Origin: Octopus vulgaris
Taxonomy: Eukaryota
Assembly: GCA_951406725.2 (NCBI GenBank)
Contig: OX597839.1
Location: 16,492,001-16,556,000 of the forward strand
Length of the DNA stretch: 64,000 nt
Direction: 5' to 3'
The notes under the pieces are model-generated. The model did no database searches and was not told where the DNA came from. It was given only the letters and a program-made list of their open reading frames with translations. The position numbers and the translations under genes are program-made. Shown one piece after another: positions 38,481 to 54,076 of this stretch; position 1 is the first letter of the stretch, and every line of letters starts with the position of its first letter.

Positions 38481-39209
38481 TCTACACACTGCTTCACAGT
38501 AACGATTCCATTATAATAAAAAAAATATATAAATATATACAAAATTATACACACTTATATACATTTATACATACACATATATGTGTGTCTATATATATGT
38601 GTGTGTGTATATATATATATATATACACATGCACACATTTATATTCTGGTGCTTAGTCATTTTGAAATGGTTTTATATTAGATTAGTGAGTTGCATGCTA
38701 GTGTGAGTTAATACACATTATACTTTAAACGCATACACAAATAAACATATATCTACATCCATACTGTCATGCATGCACACACACACACATATATATATGC
38801 ATACATACATAATACATTCACAACTGTGTATGCGTTTGTATACTTATGCATACACCTACACACTTTTCACCATATTATAGTATTATATAGACATTCAGGC
38901 TGGTTTTATTCAACTTTATATTCTTAAAGTGGCAAATAAAGAAGAAAAATAAACTGTCTTTTACAAAACCGTTTTGCTTTGTTTTCATTCTTTCATTCCA
39001 TAATTCTTTGGACAACACCTTTATTGTCTCCTTTCACACTGGCCCCAAGCACTCTTCATTCTACAATTCACAGTTCAATGGTAAAACCTCAATCTGCAAG
39101 AAACAGCTGCCGAATTACCCTCACTACATACACCATCTTTATATAATAACGGTCATGTTTTACAGAACATTTTTTAAGGCTGAATTTAAGGGATCCACAT
39201 GGCTTTTAG

Positions 39210-39376
39210 CTTTTACATGTTTAAGCCATTAGGCTATGGCCATGCTGGGACACTACCTTGAAGAATTTTACTTATTCTATTGATATCTTTTGGTGAACTG
39301 CCAAGTTACAAGGACGTAAATACACCAACACCAGTTGTCAAGTGGTGGTGGGGAGGTCAAACATAGATACACATAG

Positions 39377-39418
<42 letters not shown>

Positions 39419-39898
39419 GACCCCCTTCGGTCACGATACTGAGAATGGGATTGCACCTAGAAAGTTACTCTCCCAGGCACAAGTCCGGGCAAGGTTGTTT
39501 ATGGAAGCCCATGCATACAGGCCTCCCCTCGCCACACCACTGATGTTATCCAAGGGAAAGGCAAAGGCCGATACAGCTTGGCACCAGTGACGTTGAAACT
39601 CATTTCTACAGCTGAGTTAACTGGAGCAACATGAAATAAAATGTCTTGCTCAAAAACACAACACGCAGCCCAGTCCAGGACTCAAGCTCACAACCTCACA
39701 ATCGTAAGCTCGACGCTCTAACCACTGAGCCATATATACACACGACAAACTCCTTTCAGTTTCCATCTACGAAATCTATTCATAAGGGTTTGGTTGGTCA
39801 AAGGCTATAGAAGACACTTACCCAAGGTGCCATACAGTGGGACTGAACCAAAAACCATGTGGTTGGGAAGCAAACTTCTTACCACACGGCCACACCTG
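39210..39898 (-). mobile_element. SINE family A with a family C-like SINE (~39415-39733) nested in its linker
   Basis: Order is A tail, (TA)n, a second SINE ending CTCTAACCACTGAGCCA, then A head. Confidence 0.75.
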
Positions 39899-40440
39899 CA
39901 TTTGTGTGGATACAAATTTTCAAAGATTGATATATGAAAGCATAATTTAAGTACCAAAGAAGATTGCTTGTCCTTCCCAAGCTATTGACTCATAAGGTTG
40001 GTTTCCAAGATTCTGAGGCATATGTATTCCCTCCTGGAGTCAGTGCCAATCTCTTGCAGGATTACTTGTTTTTGACTGCTGAATCTGGAGCAACGTGACA
40101 AGAAGTATTTTGCTGTAGAGCTCAAAGAATTGCCTGATCCAGGAATTGGAACCACAATCTTACCAAACTCCTTACCTCCACATTTATATACACATAAACC
40201 ATTACAAAACAAAAATACTAAGATTATATACATCATCCTATGGCAAAAGTAAAAGCTCTGATAACTATACCATGTGCCTTTCCTGGGATTGAACTTAGAA
40301 CTTGTAGGTGACTGCACTGCATTAACTAACACCTTTATTCTGTATGTTATGTCTGTAGATATGGTCAGAGTGAATTTTTAAGGCTTGTAAACCTCCACTG
40401 ATGTCATCCACTCTACTAACCAGAAATAAAAAAATTATAA

Positions 40441-40724
40441 ACGTCGCCCTTTTCAAGCCTAGCCAGTCTCATGGGCCTGGTTTCTGTGGCGTATGTGTTC
40501 TCCCCAGCTGTCCATCGCAGCATTACTCAAGAAACAGGAAGAGAGAGTGAGAGAAAGTTGGGCAAAAGAGTACAACAGGGGTCACCACCACCCCCTGCTG
40601 GAACCTTGTGGAGCTTTAGGCATTTTCGCTCAATAAACACACAGAACGCCCGGTCTGGGAATTGAAACCGCGATCCTCCGACCACAAGTCCACTGCCCTA
40701 ACCACTGGGCCATTGCGCCTCCAC
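40441..40724 (-). mobile_element. SINE family B
   Basis: Reverse complement of 17803-18092. Confidence 0.85.
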
Positions 40725-41364
40725 ACTAACCAGAAATACAATTCTATATTTATGTATTTCCAATTGTTATGGAGTCAACATAAGACATCAACTCTGTCAC
40801 TGCCTATGAGTATAGTGTAGTGGATAAAGGCACTAGTTAATGCAGTGCAATCACCTAGTGATTCTGAGTTCAATCCCAGGCAAGGCACTAAGGTGAATCA
40901 CCAGAGATCTGAAGAAGGCTGGAATATACACTGGCCAAAACATAGAAAGCAATGCCCAAGATGCAGACACCAGTCCAATGAACACATAACATAAAATTTC
41001 TCATCTCAGAAATACAACATTAGTTGTATGTATCTTAAGACAGACCTGAAGCTCTAGGGTTGACTTATATTGGAGCAATGTGAAAAAATTCTGGATTTTC
41101 TGGACACACAAGAGGAGGTTGACTTGTAAGTGAAATCCTATATTATTTGGGTAGAAAGGAGAAAAGATAGAAATAACAATGATATTCTGTTGATCTGATG
41201 AGCTAGCCTTCTATATCTGCATTTATTTTTTAAAAATGTACAAAAGTATTATGCAATTTATAACACATACTAGTGCAGATACGTAAGATGATTTATTATA
41301 CACTAAAATAAATTATTTTTGCATGATGTTGGCTGCAAAACGATCATCACCCTATGGATATCAA

Positions 41365-41735
41365 ATACTCTTTTACTTGTTTCAGTCATTTGACTGTGGC
41401 CATGCTGGAGCACCGCCTTTAGTCAAGCAAATTGACCCCAGGACTTATTCTTTGTAAGCCTAGTACTTATTCTGTCAGTCTGTTTTGCTGAACCGCTAAG
41501 TTACGGGTTGTAAACACACACCCATCGGTTGTCAAGCGATGTCAGGGGGACAAACACAAACACACATACATATATATATACATATATATGATAGGCTTCT
41601 TTCAGTTTCCATCTACCAAATCCACTCACAAGGCTTTAGTAGAAGACACTTGCCCAAGGTGTCACGCAGTGGGACTGAACCCGGAACCATGTGGTTCGTA
41701 AGCAAGCTACTTACCACACAGCCACTCCTACACCT
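41365..41735 (-). mobile_element. SINE family A
   Basis: Similar to 3800-4192. Confidence 0.88.
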
Positions 41736-43398
41736 ATAAATGATGAAATAAATATATTTATTTCATACCTCCTGGCTTTCATTATATTCTATAAACTCCT
41801 AACGAAATAATCATTAGTAATTTGATTTACTGGATTACAACTGCATAGGACTCTACATCACATTCCTATGTATTGGTTTACTTATGTGGTTTGTATCTGG
41901 GTCTACTAAAAGAGCTTTTTTTTTGTTTTTGATTACCACTAGATTATATAAATCCATATATTGTACATCAAATATGTCTGTGTGTGAATGTATAAAGCAT
42001 GAAGGTGGGGGTAAAAATTTAGATTACAATTTATTTTGTTGTTTTTCTTCTATCAATGGACCACACGTGTGTTACTTTGGCATCTTCTATAAAATGCATT
42101 TAATGGGAGGAAAATATTGAAAAAACATCAATACATGTGAAACTGTAAACGGAGGGCGGGTTGGGTTGTGCTAGAAACAACAGCGAAACCTCCTTTGAAT
42201 TGTTCACCTTTTCCTCTGAAAATATTTACAATTTGCTTTATTTTAATTTTTTTTTTTTTTGCCAAAAAGGTTTTTAAGTTAAAATTGAAAATGGCTAAAA
42301 TCAGTCTGGATAGTTACTTTTGTAAGGCTTATAGTGTTCCAAACAGCCATAACAACAAAATCACTTAAAATTTCTTTTACAAAAATTATATAGGTGTTTC
42401 AAAACAAATTTCATTCAATAAATAATGTTTTTACATTACAGTTACATTAATAGAGTAAACTGTCAGTTTTCCAAATAGAAAATTAAAACTTCAAATGGAA
42501 ACATTAAAAGAGAAAGTGAAGAGATTTAGCAAATGAAAATGGAATACTCCACAGTGAATGCAATGAATATTTAAATTTGCAAGAAATTGGAGTTAAAAAA
42601 TTCAATAAACTTGAGAAATCAAAATTACAGGAAATTTCTTAGGACATGAATTTATAAAAATATTTCCAGATGGTCAACCTTTCAATAGTTGCTTTCTTTT
42701 AGTACTTTTAGTAATTGTTACATACTTTTCTCCATTATAGTATATATATGTGTGTGTGTATGTATGTATGTATGTATGTATGTATATACACACACACACA
42801 CATATATATATATATACACACACAAATTAATATTAACAGCTAAGCACAATGTAATACCATAAAAGGAAAAATTCAATTGTCACTAAGCGTGACTAAGAGT
42901 ACTGACATACTTATATTGCACTCTTTGTACAGCATTAAGAGTATTTTAATCCTTATTTCTAGCAATGTAGGTGCGTCATCACTCTTAGTCACACTTATAC
43001 ATACACGGTGCCCCAAACATAATAATCCTCAGTCAAATCGTCCAACCCATGCTAGCATGGAATGCGGATATTAAATGATGATATATATATATATATTATA
43101 CAAAGTAAGATAGGGGTTATGAAAGTAACCCACTATGGGATATCAGTTATCCAATATACTGCTGGTGAAGCACCCAAATATTAAATACATAAATGCTTAT
43201 AATTGCAATGCAATTAATTCATTTATTGTATTGAATGGGTGAAGGTAAAAAATATTTTACCATAAATTCATAATACAAATAAGAAAATGGAGAAACAAAT
43301 TCATTTCGATCATCAACTTACGGATATTACAATTTCACATTATTTATTAATTATACAAATGGGAACATTAAAATCGAACAAAACAATATACATCAATA

Positions 43399-43850
43399 TC
43401 TCTTATTATAAAAGGCAGATTTTATCTGGATTTTGGGAGTTATAGAAATCTACAATATAGGATTTCTTCAATTACAATTTACCTAGCATTTTTAAGAGTA
43501 CAATGCATTGCGTCATGCCAGGTCTAGTTTTTAAAATTTAAACTCCAATTAAGCAAAATTTACATAAAACTCACATTCTGGTGTGTGTGTCAAATGCTTT
43601 TCTTAGTCTGGTTTACACCACACGCAAATGCACACACACAGTGGGCAACGAATAAAATGAAAGTAAATAGCGACAGAGTGATTTGAGGAAGACTAAACTG
43701 AAAGTATTCTGTCTATGACGCTGATAGATACATGAGTAAAATGTATGGGAAGCTAAGAGCTAAGAGTGAGTAAAAATAGCGAGAGAGAGTGATTTGAGGA
43801 AGACTTTCATTAAATAACCGTAGTGGCTTGTGTTAGTAATAAAGTAAACA
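43399..43850 (+). mobile_element. Probable 5' part of a non-autonomous Helitron
   Basis: A|TCTCTTATTATAAAAGGCAGAT resembles the 5' end of the 54077-56628 element; no clear 3' hairpin/CTAG. Confidence 0.4.
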
Positions 43851-43851
43851 T

Positions 43852-44020
43852 ACACTCATACATACATACATACATACATACATACATACATACATACACA
43901 CACACATACACACACACATACATACACACATACATACATACATACATACATACATACATACATACATACATACATACATACATACATACATACATACATA
44001 CATACATACACACACACACA
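43852..44020. repeat. (CATA)n microsatellite
   Basis: Direct reading. Confidence 0.95.
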
Positions 44021-44199
44021 GTATTGAAGCTTGAGAACAATCAGATACATTTGCAACACATCTGTTGAAAATATTATTGTTCACACACATACATATACAT
44101 ATATACATACAGACAGACAGATAGACACACACACACACATGATCCAGCATGGCCACAACCTCAAGGCTGAAACATATAAAAGAATAACAGAATATAAAT

Positions 44200-44556
44200 G
44201 TGTGCAAAGTACAAGAAATATTAATGCAGTATATGGGGATTGGGCAATAAGCGTAAGGCAGTGTCAATGGTGGTTCCAGAAATCCCGAGCCATAAACTAC
44301 AGCCTAGAAGACGAGCCTCATCCTGAAAGATCTGTAGAACTCGACAAGGACATCCTGAAAACCCTGGTGGAACAAAATCTCATCGTAACTGTTGAGGAAC
44401 TAGCAGAGAAGCTTGGATTTGGTCATTCAACCATTCATTGAGACCTGTGTGCTATCGGAAAAGTCAGCAAATTGGGTCAATGGGTTCCTCACGAACTTTC
44501 CGAGTCTAATTGCATGCAGAGAGTGAATGTATGCTTTTCTTTGCTGTCACATCTCA
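44200..44556 (+). pseudogene. Mariner transposase N-terminal (HTH) fragment
   Basis: TRNINAVYGDWAISVRQCQWWFQK..SLEDEPHPER..TVEELAEKLG..STIH*..GKVSKLGQWVPHEL (WVPHEL motif). Confidence 0.88.
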
Positions 44557-44576
44557 CCACTACTGCGCTATGTATA

Positions 44577-45211
44577 TCTATATATATAAAACTGTAGTTG
44601 TGTGAGTGTCTGTCCCCTTCGATTTAGATTCCTAACTACTCCCACATTTTGCGGTGCAGTTTAACCAAATTCGGGTAGCTTATAGTCGTGATTCATATCG
44701 AGCCCGTCTGAATATTAGCGCGCGTCTACGATGAGTCTACGATTTTAAAAATAATTTAACATAATTTTTTATTCCATTTTAATGCATAATTTTTCGTGTG
44801 TCGATGGCGGCGGAGTTGGCGTCCACGCTCACACGTGCACCTGTGGGGAAGGGAGTGTAAGGAAATCAACGTCGTAATGCATTGTCAAGGAGACCAGTGT
44901 TCTTTTAGAACAACGACTTCATGGCTTGAAGACACCAAAACAGAAATGGCTAAGAAAGCGTCTACATGAGTCTACGATTTAAAAAAAATTTACCATCTTT
45001 TTTTTCCATTTTAATGCATTTTTTCGCTATTATATAAGGGAAGTAACTCTCTAAAAATGTCTACGATGAGTCAACGATTTTTAAAAAAATTTACCATCAT
45101 ATTTTTTCCATTTTTAATGCATTTTTTGCTATTTTTTTGCTATAACTCTCTAAAAATGCTTATATAGTTATTTCCCTTACAAACCCGAGCAACGCCGGGC
45201 GATACTGCTAG
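44577..45211 (+). mobile_element. Non-autonomous Helitron
   Basis: A|TC start, subterminal hairpin CCCGAGCAACGCCGGG, CTAG|T end, no TSD; internal tandem subrepeats TCTACGATGAGTCTACGATTT. Confidence 0.85.
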
Positions 45212-45889
45212 TATATATATATATATATGATGTATGCATATGTCTGAATGTACAAATTCATACACAGACACTCATTAATTAGTTCTTAACCATTTTAACT
45301 GTCATCAGACCTTGTCTAACAGAACCTGAGAATTCCACCTGTGATCACACAGCAGTTACTAGTGTTTATTCATCCAAACAATTACAATAGCAGGCAGTCA
45401 TTGCAAGATTATAATTTGAATAGGCAATAAAGTCAGGAGATATGAGAGCTGAATATATATTTATTTACATGACTTCCATAAGATTATGGCCGGTTTGCAG
45501 CCTTCTTCGTGTAAGTCTTAATGTCAGCATGGATGAAATACAAGTTTGCATTGATATGTATTGTCTGCATTATATAATACAATTGTATGTACACAAACTA
45601 ATGCAAAGTTAGTGCAACCATGATGTTCTGGTGCGCTGATGAGCTAGCTTTCTTCATTTGCCTTTAAACTGGATATATCCGGTCAAAATATTCTGCTTGT
45701 TTTATGTTCAAACTGGCCAGATGTGGCCTCTCACATTCTGAAAATTAACAGTTACCTCATCAAAATTGTAAAGCTACAAGATAATGCATGTTATTCGAAA
45801 CAATATGAATAGAAAAACATTGCTTTTGGCAGAATAATGTGAATGTTAAAAGGTTAATTTGTGAATATACAACTGTACAATGCAGAGCA

Positions 45890-46252
45890 TCTCTCTATAT
45901 ATAAACGGCAATATGTCTATCTGTGTGTCCTTTATACAAATCCACAATTTTTCAGTTAGAGAGCTCGCACTTTCTATGGTCATTCAAAACCATCCAAGGG
46001 TGGTCGTGCATATCTTTACATTTCCCCAGTCACCCCGCAAAGCCATTAAAAATCAATAGAAGTGACTTTTTTGTGAATTTTCTATCCAAAACCCAATCAA
46101 AATGCCCAAAACTTGATACGCCAATTGAATGCCAGCTAGCTGTATGTGACTGGTCGGAGATTTGGACAGTACTCGCGTGTATGTGCGCACGCACGCAGCT
46201 GTATATGCATGCACTAGCACTGTGACCCGGCGTTGCTGGGTCATAGTGCTAT
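45890..46252 (+). mobile_element. Non-autonomous Helitron-like element
   Basis: A|TCTCTCTATATATAAACGGCA start; terminal hairpin TAGCACTGTGACCCGGC-GTT-GCTGGGTCATAGTGCTA. Confidence 0.7.
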
Positions 46253-46767
46253 TATATATTAAAGCAAACATGTAAGCATTACTTTTTTCGATACTGACAT
46301 TAATACTAGATGAAGAAGTTTGAAAAATTACCGTAATCATGTAGTTAAATAAATATATATTCGAAACAAAAACAAAACAAATGAACTGCTGTTTAACCAA
46401 ATTACACAAACAATCAATTAGTTTGTTGGATATTTAGCTAATTGACTAATAATAGAGTGGGACTGAACCAGTGCATGTGTTAATACTATTGGCATAAATG
46501 ACTCTCCCTAGACACCTCCCCATACTTCCTAATTTCATGGTTTATGTACTCCTCATGGAATATTTTCCTTAATTGGATTTTCAGTTTACATGGACAATCT
46601 ACATCAGTGTTCTTTGTAATTGACTATTAGGAGCCTTGTGAGTCAAGTCTGTAAGAGGAGCTTTCTAAGATAGCCAAACGATTCCCTGAATCCACATCTT
46701 ATACTACTCATATATATATATATATATACAGATAGATAGATATAGATATATTTATTATTTTTATTTA

Positions 46768-47060
46768 TGCGCCCTTTTCAAGACTAGCCAGGTTCATGGG
46801 CCTGGTTTCCCGGTTTCTATGGCATATGTTTTCCCCCCCAGCTGGAGGAGATGCCAGTCCATCACAGTGTTACTCAAGAAACAGGAGAGAAAGCTGGGGC
46901 AAAAGAGTACAACAGTGTTGCCACCAACCCCTGCTGGAGCCTCGTGGAGCTTTAGGTGTTTTTGCTCAATAAACACACACAACACCCGTTCTGGGAATTG
47001 AAACCATGATCCTCAGACTGCGAGTCCGCTGCCCTAACCACTGGGCCAGTGCACCTCCAC
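46768..47060 (-). mobile_element. SINE family B
   Basis: Similar to 40441-40724. Confidence 0.85.
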
Positions 47061-48129
47061 ACACACACACATATATATATATTAGCTTAAAAGCTGCCCT
47101 ATCAGGTGGCTTTTAAGCTAGCTCCTGCGGAGGGCTCTTCATTGGGCCTTGGGCCCAACAATAACACTTCATGCATTGGGTACATGTTAAATTTTATTAA
47201 ACTTGACCAATATTTTTCAAGCAATGAACAATTTTCATCAAAACAATGATATAATTTGTCGGCTTTGAACTTACTGCAAAGCTGCATGATAAACAACAGT
47301 AGCACCACCATCACCACCACATCTGCCATACACACTCCATTCAGATATCTGATGCCACCACCATCAATACCTCTGTTGACTTCACCGCCTTCCCCTCCAC
47401 CACCATCACCACTGTCTTTCATATCACTCTCACCATCATCCTTGACCGCCTTGGTTACCACCACCACCATCATCACTGCCACCCCTGCCTCTAACACAAC
47501 TACAGCTCATACAATTACCATCACAAAAAAGCTAAACATGTGTGTAAAAGAATTGTGTTCAGTATGTTAGTTCAGTGTTCAGTCCCTCTTTCTCTCTCTC
47601 TCTCTTATTATTACTCCCACTGCCACCATCAACACTATTACTTTTAATAAAAACACTCCCAAAATTTCCTTGCCTCTTTCTCTTTCTTTCTCTCTCTGTC
47701 TTTGCCACCACCCTCATCATCTCTATGCCTACTATTACTCTCACCCCAACATGAATAATAGTAGGAATGTCAATGAATAGTGAGAGAGGAGTGACATACT
47801 GACACACAAATTAGTTCTTGAATTTATTATATTGTATATAGACATATATGAATGTTGGTTATGACAACGATGGTCCCAGCTGATATGATCAACAGAACAG
47901 CTTGCTTGTGAAATTAATGTGCAAGTGGCTGAGCACTCCACAGACATGTGTACCCTTAATGTAGTGAAGGCGCAAAGCTTAGTGGTTAGGACATTCAGCT
48001 CACAATCGTATGGTCATGAGTTCAATTCCCGGCGATGCATTGTGTCCTTGAGCAAGACACTTTATTTCACATTGCTCCAGTCCACTCAGCTGGCAAAAAC
48101 AAGTACATATATATGTATGTGTATGTATG

Positions 48130-48161
<32 letters not shown>

Positions 48162-48269
48162 CGAGAAGAAAATGGATGTAAATAACAAGGAGAAACTCGT
48201 CATTTTCCCTGGTATGCCTTTAATTTAATTAAGAAAGGAGAAAGTAACATTTAACTCCTCTAACTGATA

Positions 48270-48327
<58 letters not shown>

Positions 48328-48369
48328 GACAGTTGTGTAAGAAAGTACCAAACCTGTGGAAGAGGTGGA

Positions 48370-49185
48370 TTCAGCAAGACATGGGATGAGGTGGTGAAGC
48401 ATGATCTTTAAATGCTGAGCCTCAGAGAAGAAATGACAAATGACAAAGACCATTGGCAATATGCTGTGCTTGAGAAGACCCATCAAACCAAGTCAAATTG
48501 TAGTCATGCCTAATGCAGGTGTCACATAAGTGACACCTGTGCAGGTGGCATGTAAAAAGCACCCTTCAAATGTTGGGCCTTACAAAGGTGATGACAGGTG
48601 ACCAAAACCGTTGGGTGATATGCTGTGCTTGAGAAGACTTGTCAAGCCCAGTAAAATCATGTTTGTTCCTTCTTGAGCTATGCTTGGCTCATAAGGGCCG
48701 GTTTCCCAGTTTCTTTGGCGTATAGGTTCCCCACCTGGATGGGACGCCGGTCCATCGCAGGTAAGCTGCAAGATGCTGGAGGAAAGAGTGAGAGAAAGTT
48801 GTGGTGAAAGAGTCAGCAGAAGTTCGCCATTACCTTCTGCTGGAACAACGTAGAGCTTAGGTATTTCGCTCATAAACACAGATATCGCCCGGTCTGAGAT
48901 TCGAAACTGCGATCCCTCGACCATGAGTCCGCTGCTCTAACCCCTAGGCCATGTGCCTCCACTCAGTAAAATCATAGTTGTGACCAATACCAGTGTCATG
49001 TAACTGGCACCAATGCAGGTAGCACATAAAAAGTACCCATTAAACTCTTGGAGTAGTTGGCATTAGGGAGGGCATCCAGCCATAGAAACCAAGCCAAATC
49101 GGATTGAAACTTGGTGCAGCTCTCCAGCTTGCCAGTTTCGGTCAAACCATCTAACCCATGCCAGCAGACACTAAATGATGATGAT
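48370..49185 (+). mobile_element. SINE-like element with (GAT)n tail, interrupted by SINE family B (48662-48962, - strand)
   Basis: CAGTAAAATCAT flanks both sides of the nested SINE (TSD). The 3' part matches the reverse complement of 15969-16365. Confidence 0.75.
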
Positions 49186-49199
49186 GATATATATACATA

Positions 49200-49580
49200 C
49201 TAGCAGTATCGCCCGGCGTTGCTCAGGTTTGTAAGGGAAATAACTATAAAGCATTTTTAGAGAGTTATAGCCAAAAAAATAGCAAAAAAATGGAAAAAAA
49301 TGATGGTAAATTTTTTTTTGAGATTTAAAAATGGTAGAGTTGCGTCCCCTAGACAGTTTGTGGTTCGTATTCCTGATTCTCGACCCCATGTCGAATTTAT
49401 CGATTTTTTTCAGAACTGGGGGAACTTTTCAAAATTTTCGCTGCGTTAGTTTTGAATTATGACATTGGGCTATGTGTGTGTCAAGTTTCATCAGAATCGG
49501 TTGAAAGCCGTGGTCAGGGTGAGGGTACAAGCAAACAGACACACAGAAACACGCACAGACAAACTGCCGTTTATATAGAG

Positions 49581-49585
<5 letters not shown>
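49200..49585 (-). mobile_element. Non-autonomous Helitron
   Basis: Plus strand begins CTAGCAGTATCGCCCGGCGTTGCTCAGG and ends CTGCCGTTTATATAGAGAGAGA|T. Confidence 0.85.
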
Positions 49586-49642
<57 letters not shown>

Positions 49643-50469
49643 CCGTGTGGTCACAGGTGGAATTCTCAAGTTCTGTAAAATGAAGTCTGACAATGATGAC
49701 AGCTAAACAATTAAGAACTAAATAATGAGTGTACACATATACACACACATATATATATATGTATATAATGTGTGCGTGTGTGTGTGTGCCTAAACATACA
49801 GAAAATATAAATCTATAGTACTTAGGAGTTCAATGGGTAACAAGTCATTAAAATCCTATGCTGACAATGAAACAGCTGTTAAGCATAATCAAATCTAAAC
49901 TACTTGTAAAATTTGCTTTCCTATTCTCTATTCTACATGTCATTGCTTTTTATGCAAAAGTGCTGTAAGGTCAAAATGCTGCTTTTTCAGAAAACAAAAA
50001 AATAGTTTCACCATTCCATAGCAAAACCGTTGTACTACGCTTTGGCAATGTTTGCTATCTTGGCATCTGAAGCAGCTGGAGTTATGATAGTTTGACCAAA
50101 AGAACCAGCTATTGCAAGCAAAAATAAATATTGAAACACGCATTTGGCCAAATTTGGACATACAACAGTTTAACATAATAGCAACAATATATATATTTAT
50201 GTATATATGTGTTTGCATATATATATATAAAAAGTAGAACACACACACACACAAACATGATGGCGGTGAACAGAAAGAACGAGTACTCAATACCTTATTC
50301 ATGGATAAATACTTTATTTTATTCTTTTATTCGTTTCAGTCATTTGACTGCAGCCATGCTGGAGCACTGCCCTTATGAGTTGGCATGACTTGAGAAGGTG
50401 ACTTTACTGTTTTTACCGATATCGCTTTCCTCACTTTGCACATCATTCCTCTACCTTCTGATCTGTCCT

Positions 50470-50704
50470 TCCTGAACCACATCTCATAAGGGCTGGTTCC
50501 CCAGTTTCATGACATATATATTCCCAACCTGGATGGGACACTGGTCTGTTGCCGGATTACACATTTTTACCAGCTGAGTGGACTGGACCAACATGAAATG
50601 AAGTGTTTTGCTCAAGAACAAAACGCATCACCTGGTCCAGGAACTGAAACCGCAATTTTACAAACGTGATTCCAACACCCTAACCACTAAGCCACACGCC
50701 TTCA
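50470..50704 (-). mobile_element. tRNA-derived SINE (family B/C related)
   Basis: Ends CCCTAACCACTAAGCCACACGCCTTCA; similar to the reverse complement of 13148-13400. Confidence 0.7.
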
Positions 50705-51544
50705 TGAAAGAGATATGGGAGTACTGAGGGATAGGTATAATGAGAAATGTGATGGCTTATACGAGAGGATGTTGAGAATGAGAGTAGATATATAAAGTGT
50801 TAAATGGAATATGGTAGAGGAACCAGCATCTACTTCTCTGCTATACTTGATATTATTTTCAGAGAAATACCAATCGACTGCAAGATACAATTTCAAAATA
50901 ATGGAAACATTTTCAACCTTCAACATCTTTCTGCTAAAACTACACTATCAGAAATGCCTTAGTGTGAGTTGCTCTCTGCAGCTGACTGTAACCTTGCTGC
51001 CTATACACTTGAAGATATTCAAAGAATGGTAAACCGCTTCCCAGCTGCTGCTGCAAAGGATTTTGCCCTCACAGTCAGCATGAAGGAAAAATTAAAAACA
51101 TGTAACATTTTGGACTTACACCTACTTCCTTCTTGAGTAATCCAGAAATCTCTCATGATGGAATTGTATTTGAAGTGGTAGAGAATTTTATCTGTTTGGC
51201 ATGTGTGAGGAAGCCAGTACACTCTGTATATCTGTAAAGTGGTTAGTGTTTGGAATAACATTCAGCCACAAGCACAAACACAAACATACTTATCGAGACA
51301 GGAGATTGGAAAGTGTTTTGGTATTATTTATTCACCATTACATGTGTTTCATTTGCTAATAGGAGTTACAAAATTGTACATGTTGTAGAAGACATCTAAG
51401 ATATCCTCTATTAGAATTTCTTCAGACAGAGAATCAAACAACACACACAAACACAAACGCATAGAGCATGGAGACAGACATGTACATATAGAACTCAAAA
51501 ATTTGAGTATATTCTTTCATCTGTTTTGTTTTGTGTTTTTTACT

Positions 51545-51940
51545 CGTTTACTTCTTGTTTCAGTCACTTGACTGCAGCCATACTGGTGCACTGCCTTTAG
51601 TCGAGTGAATAGGTGCCAGGACTTATACTTTGTAAGCCAAGTACTTATTCTATCGGTCTCTTTCACTGAATCGCAAAGTTACGAGGACGTAAACACACTA
51701 GCATCGGTTGTCAAGTGATGTTCGGGGGGGGGGGACAAACACAGACACACAAACATATATATACACACACACATATAGATATGACAAGCTTCTTTCAGTT
51801 TCTGTCTACCAAATCCACTCACAAGGCTTTGGTCGTCGCAAGGCTGTAGTAGAACACATTTGCTCAAGGTGCCATGCAGTGGGACTGAACCCAGAATCAT
51901 GTGGTTGGTAAAGACGCTACTTACCACACAGCCACTCCTG
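51545..51940 (-). mobile_element. SINE family A
   Basis: Similar to 3800-4192. Confidence 0.88.
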
Positions 51941-52111
51941 TGTCTCTATGTATATTTTTTATTAATATTTAGCAGAAGCATGTGTATGCATATATGTATG
52001 CATGGAAGATGGATATTAAACAATGATGGTGATGACGATATACAAATATATATTATATTATATATATATAATCCTGGGCAACACTGGGCTATACTGCTAG
52101 TGTATGTATGT

Positions 52112-54068
<1,957 letters not shown>

Positions 54069-54076
54069 TGCATACA

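Noticed and set aside
40905-40950. CTGAAGA-aggctgg...ctggcc-AAAAC hammerhead-like string (also CTGATGAGCTAGC at ~41195 and ~45637)
   Set aside because: The GAAA core and cleavage triplet/stem I are missing; too degenerate to call.
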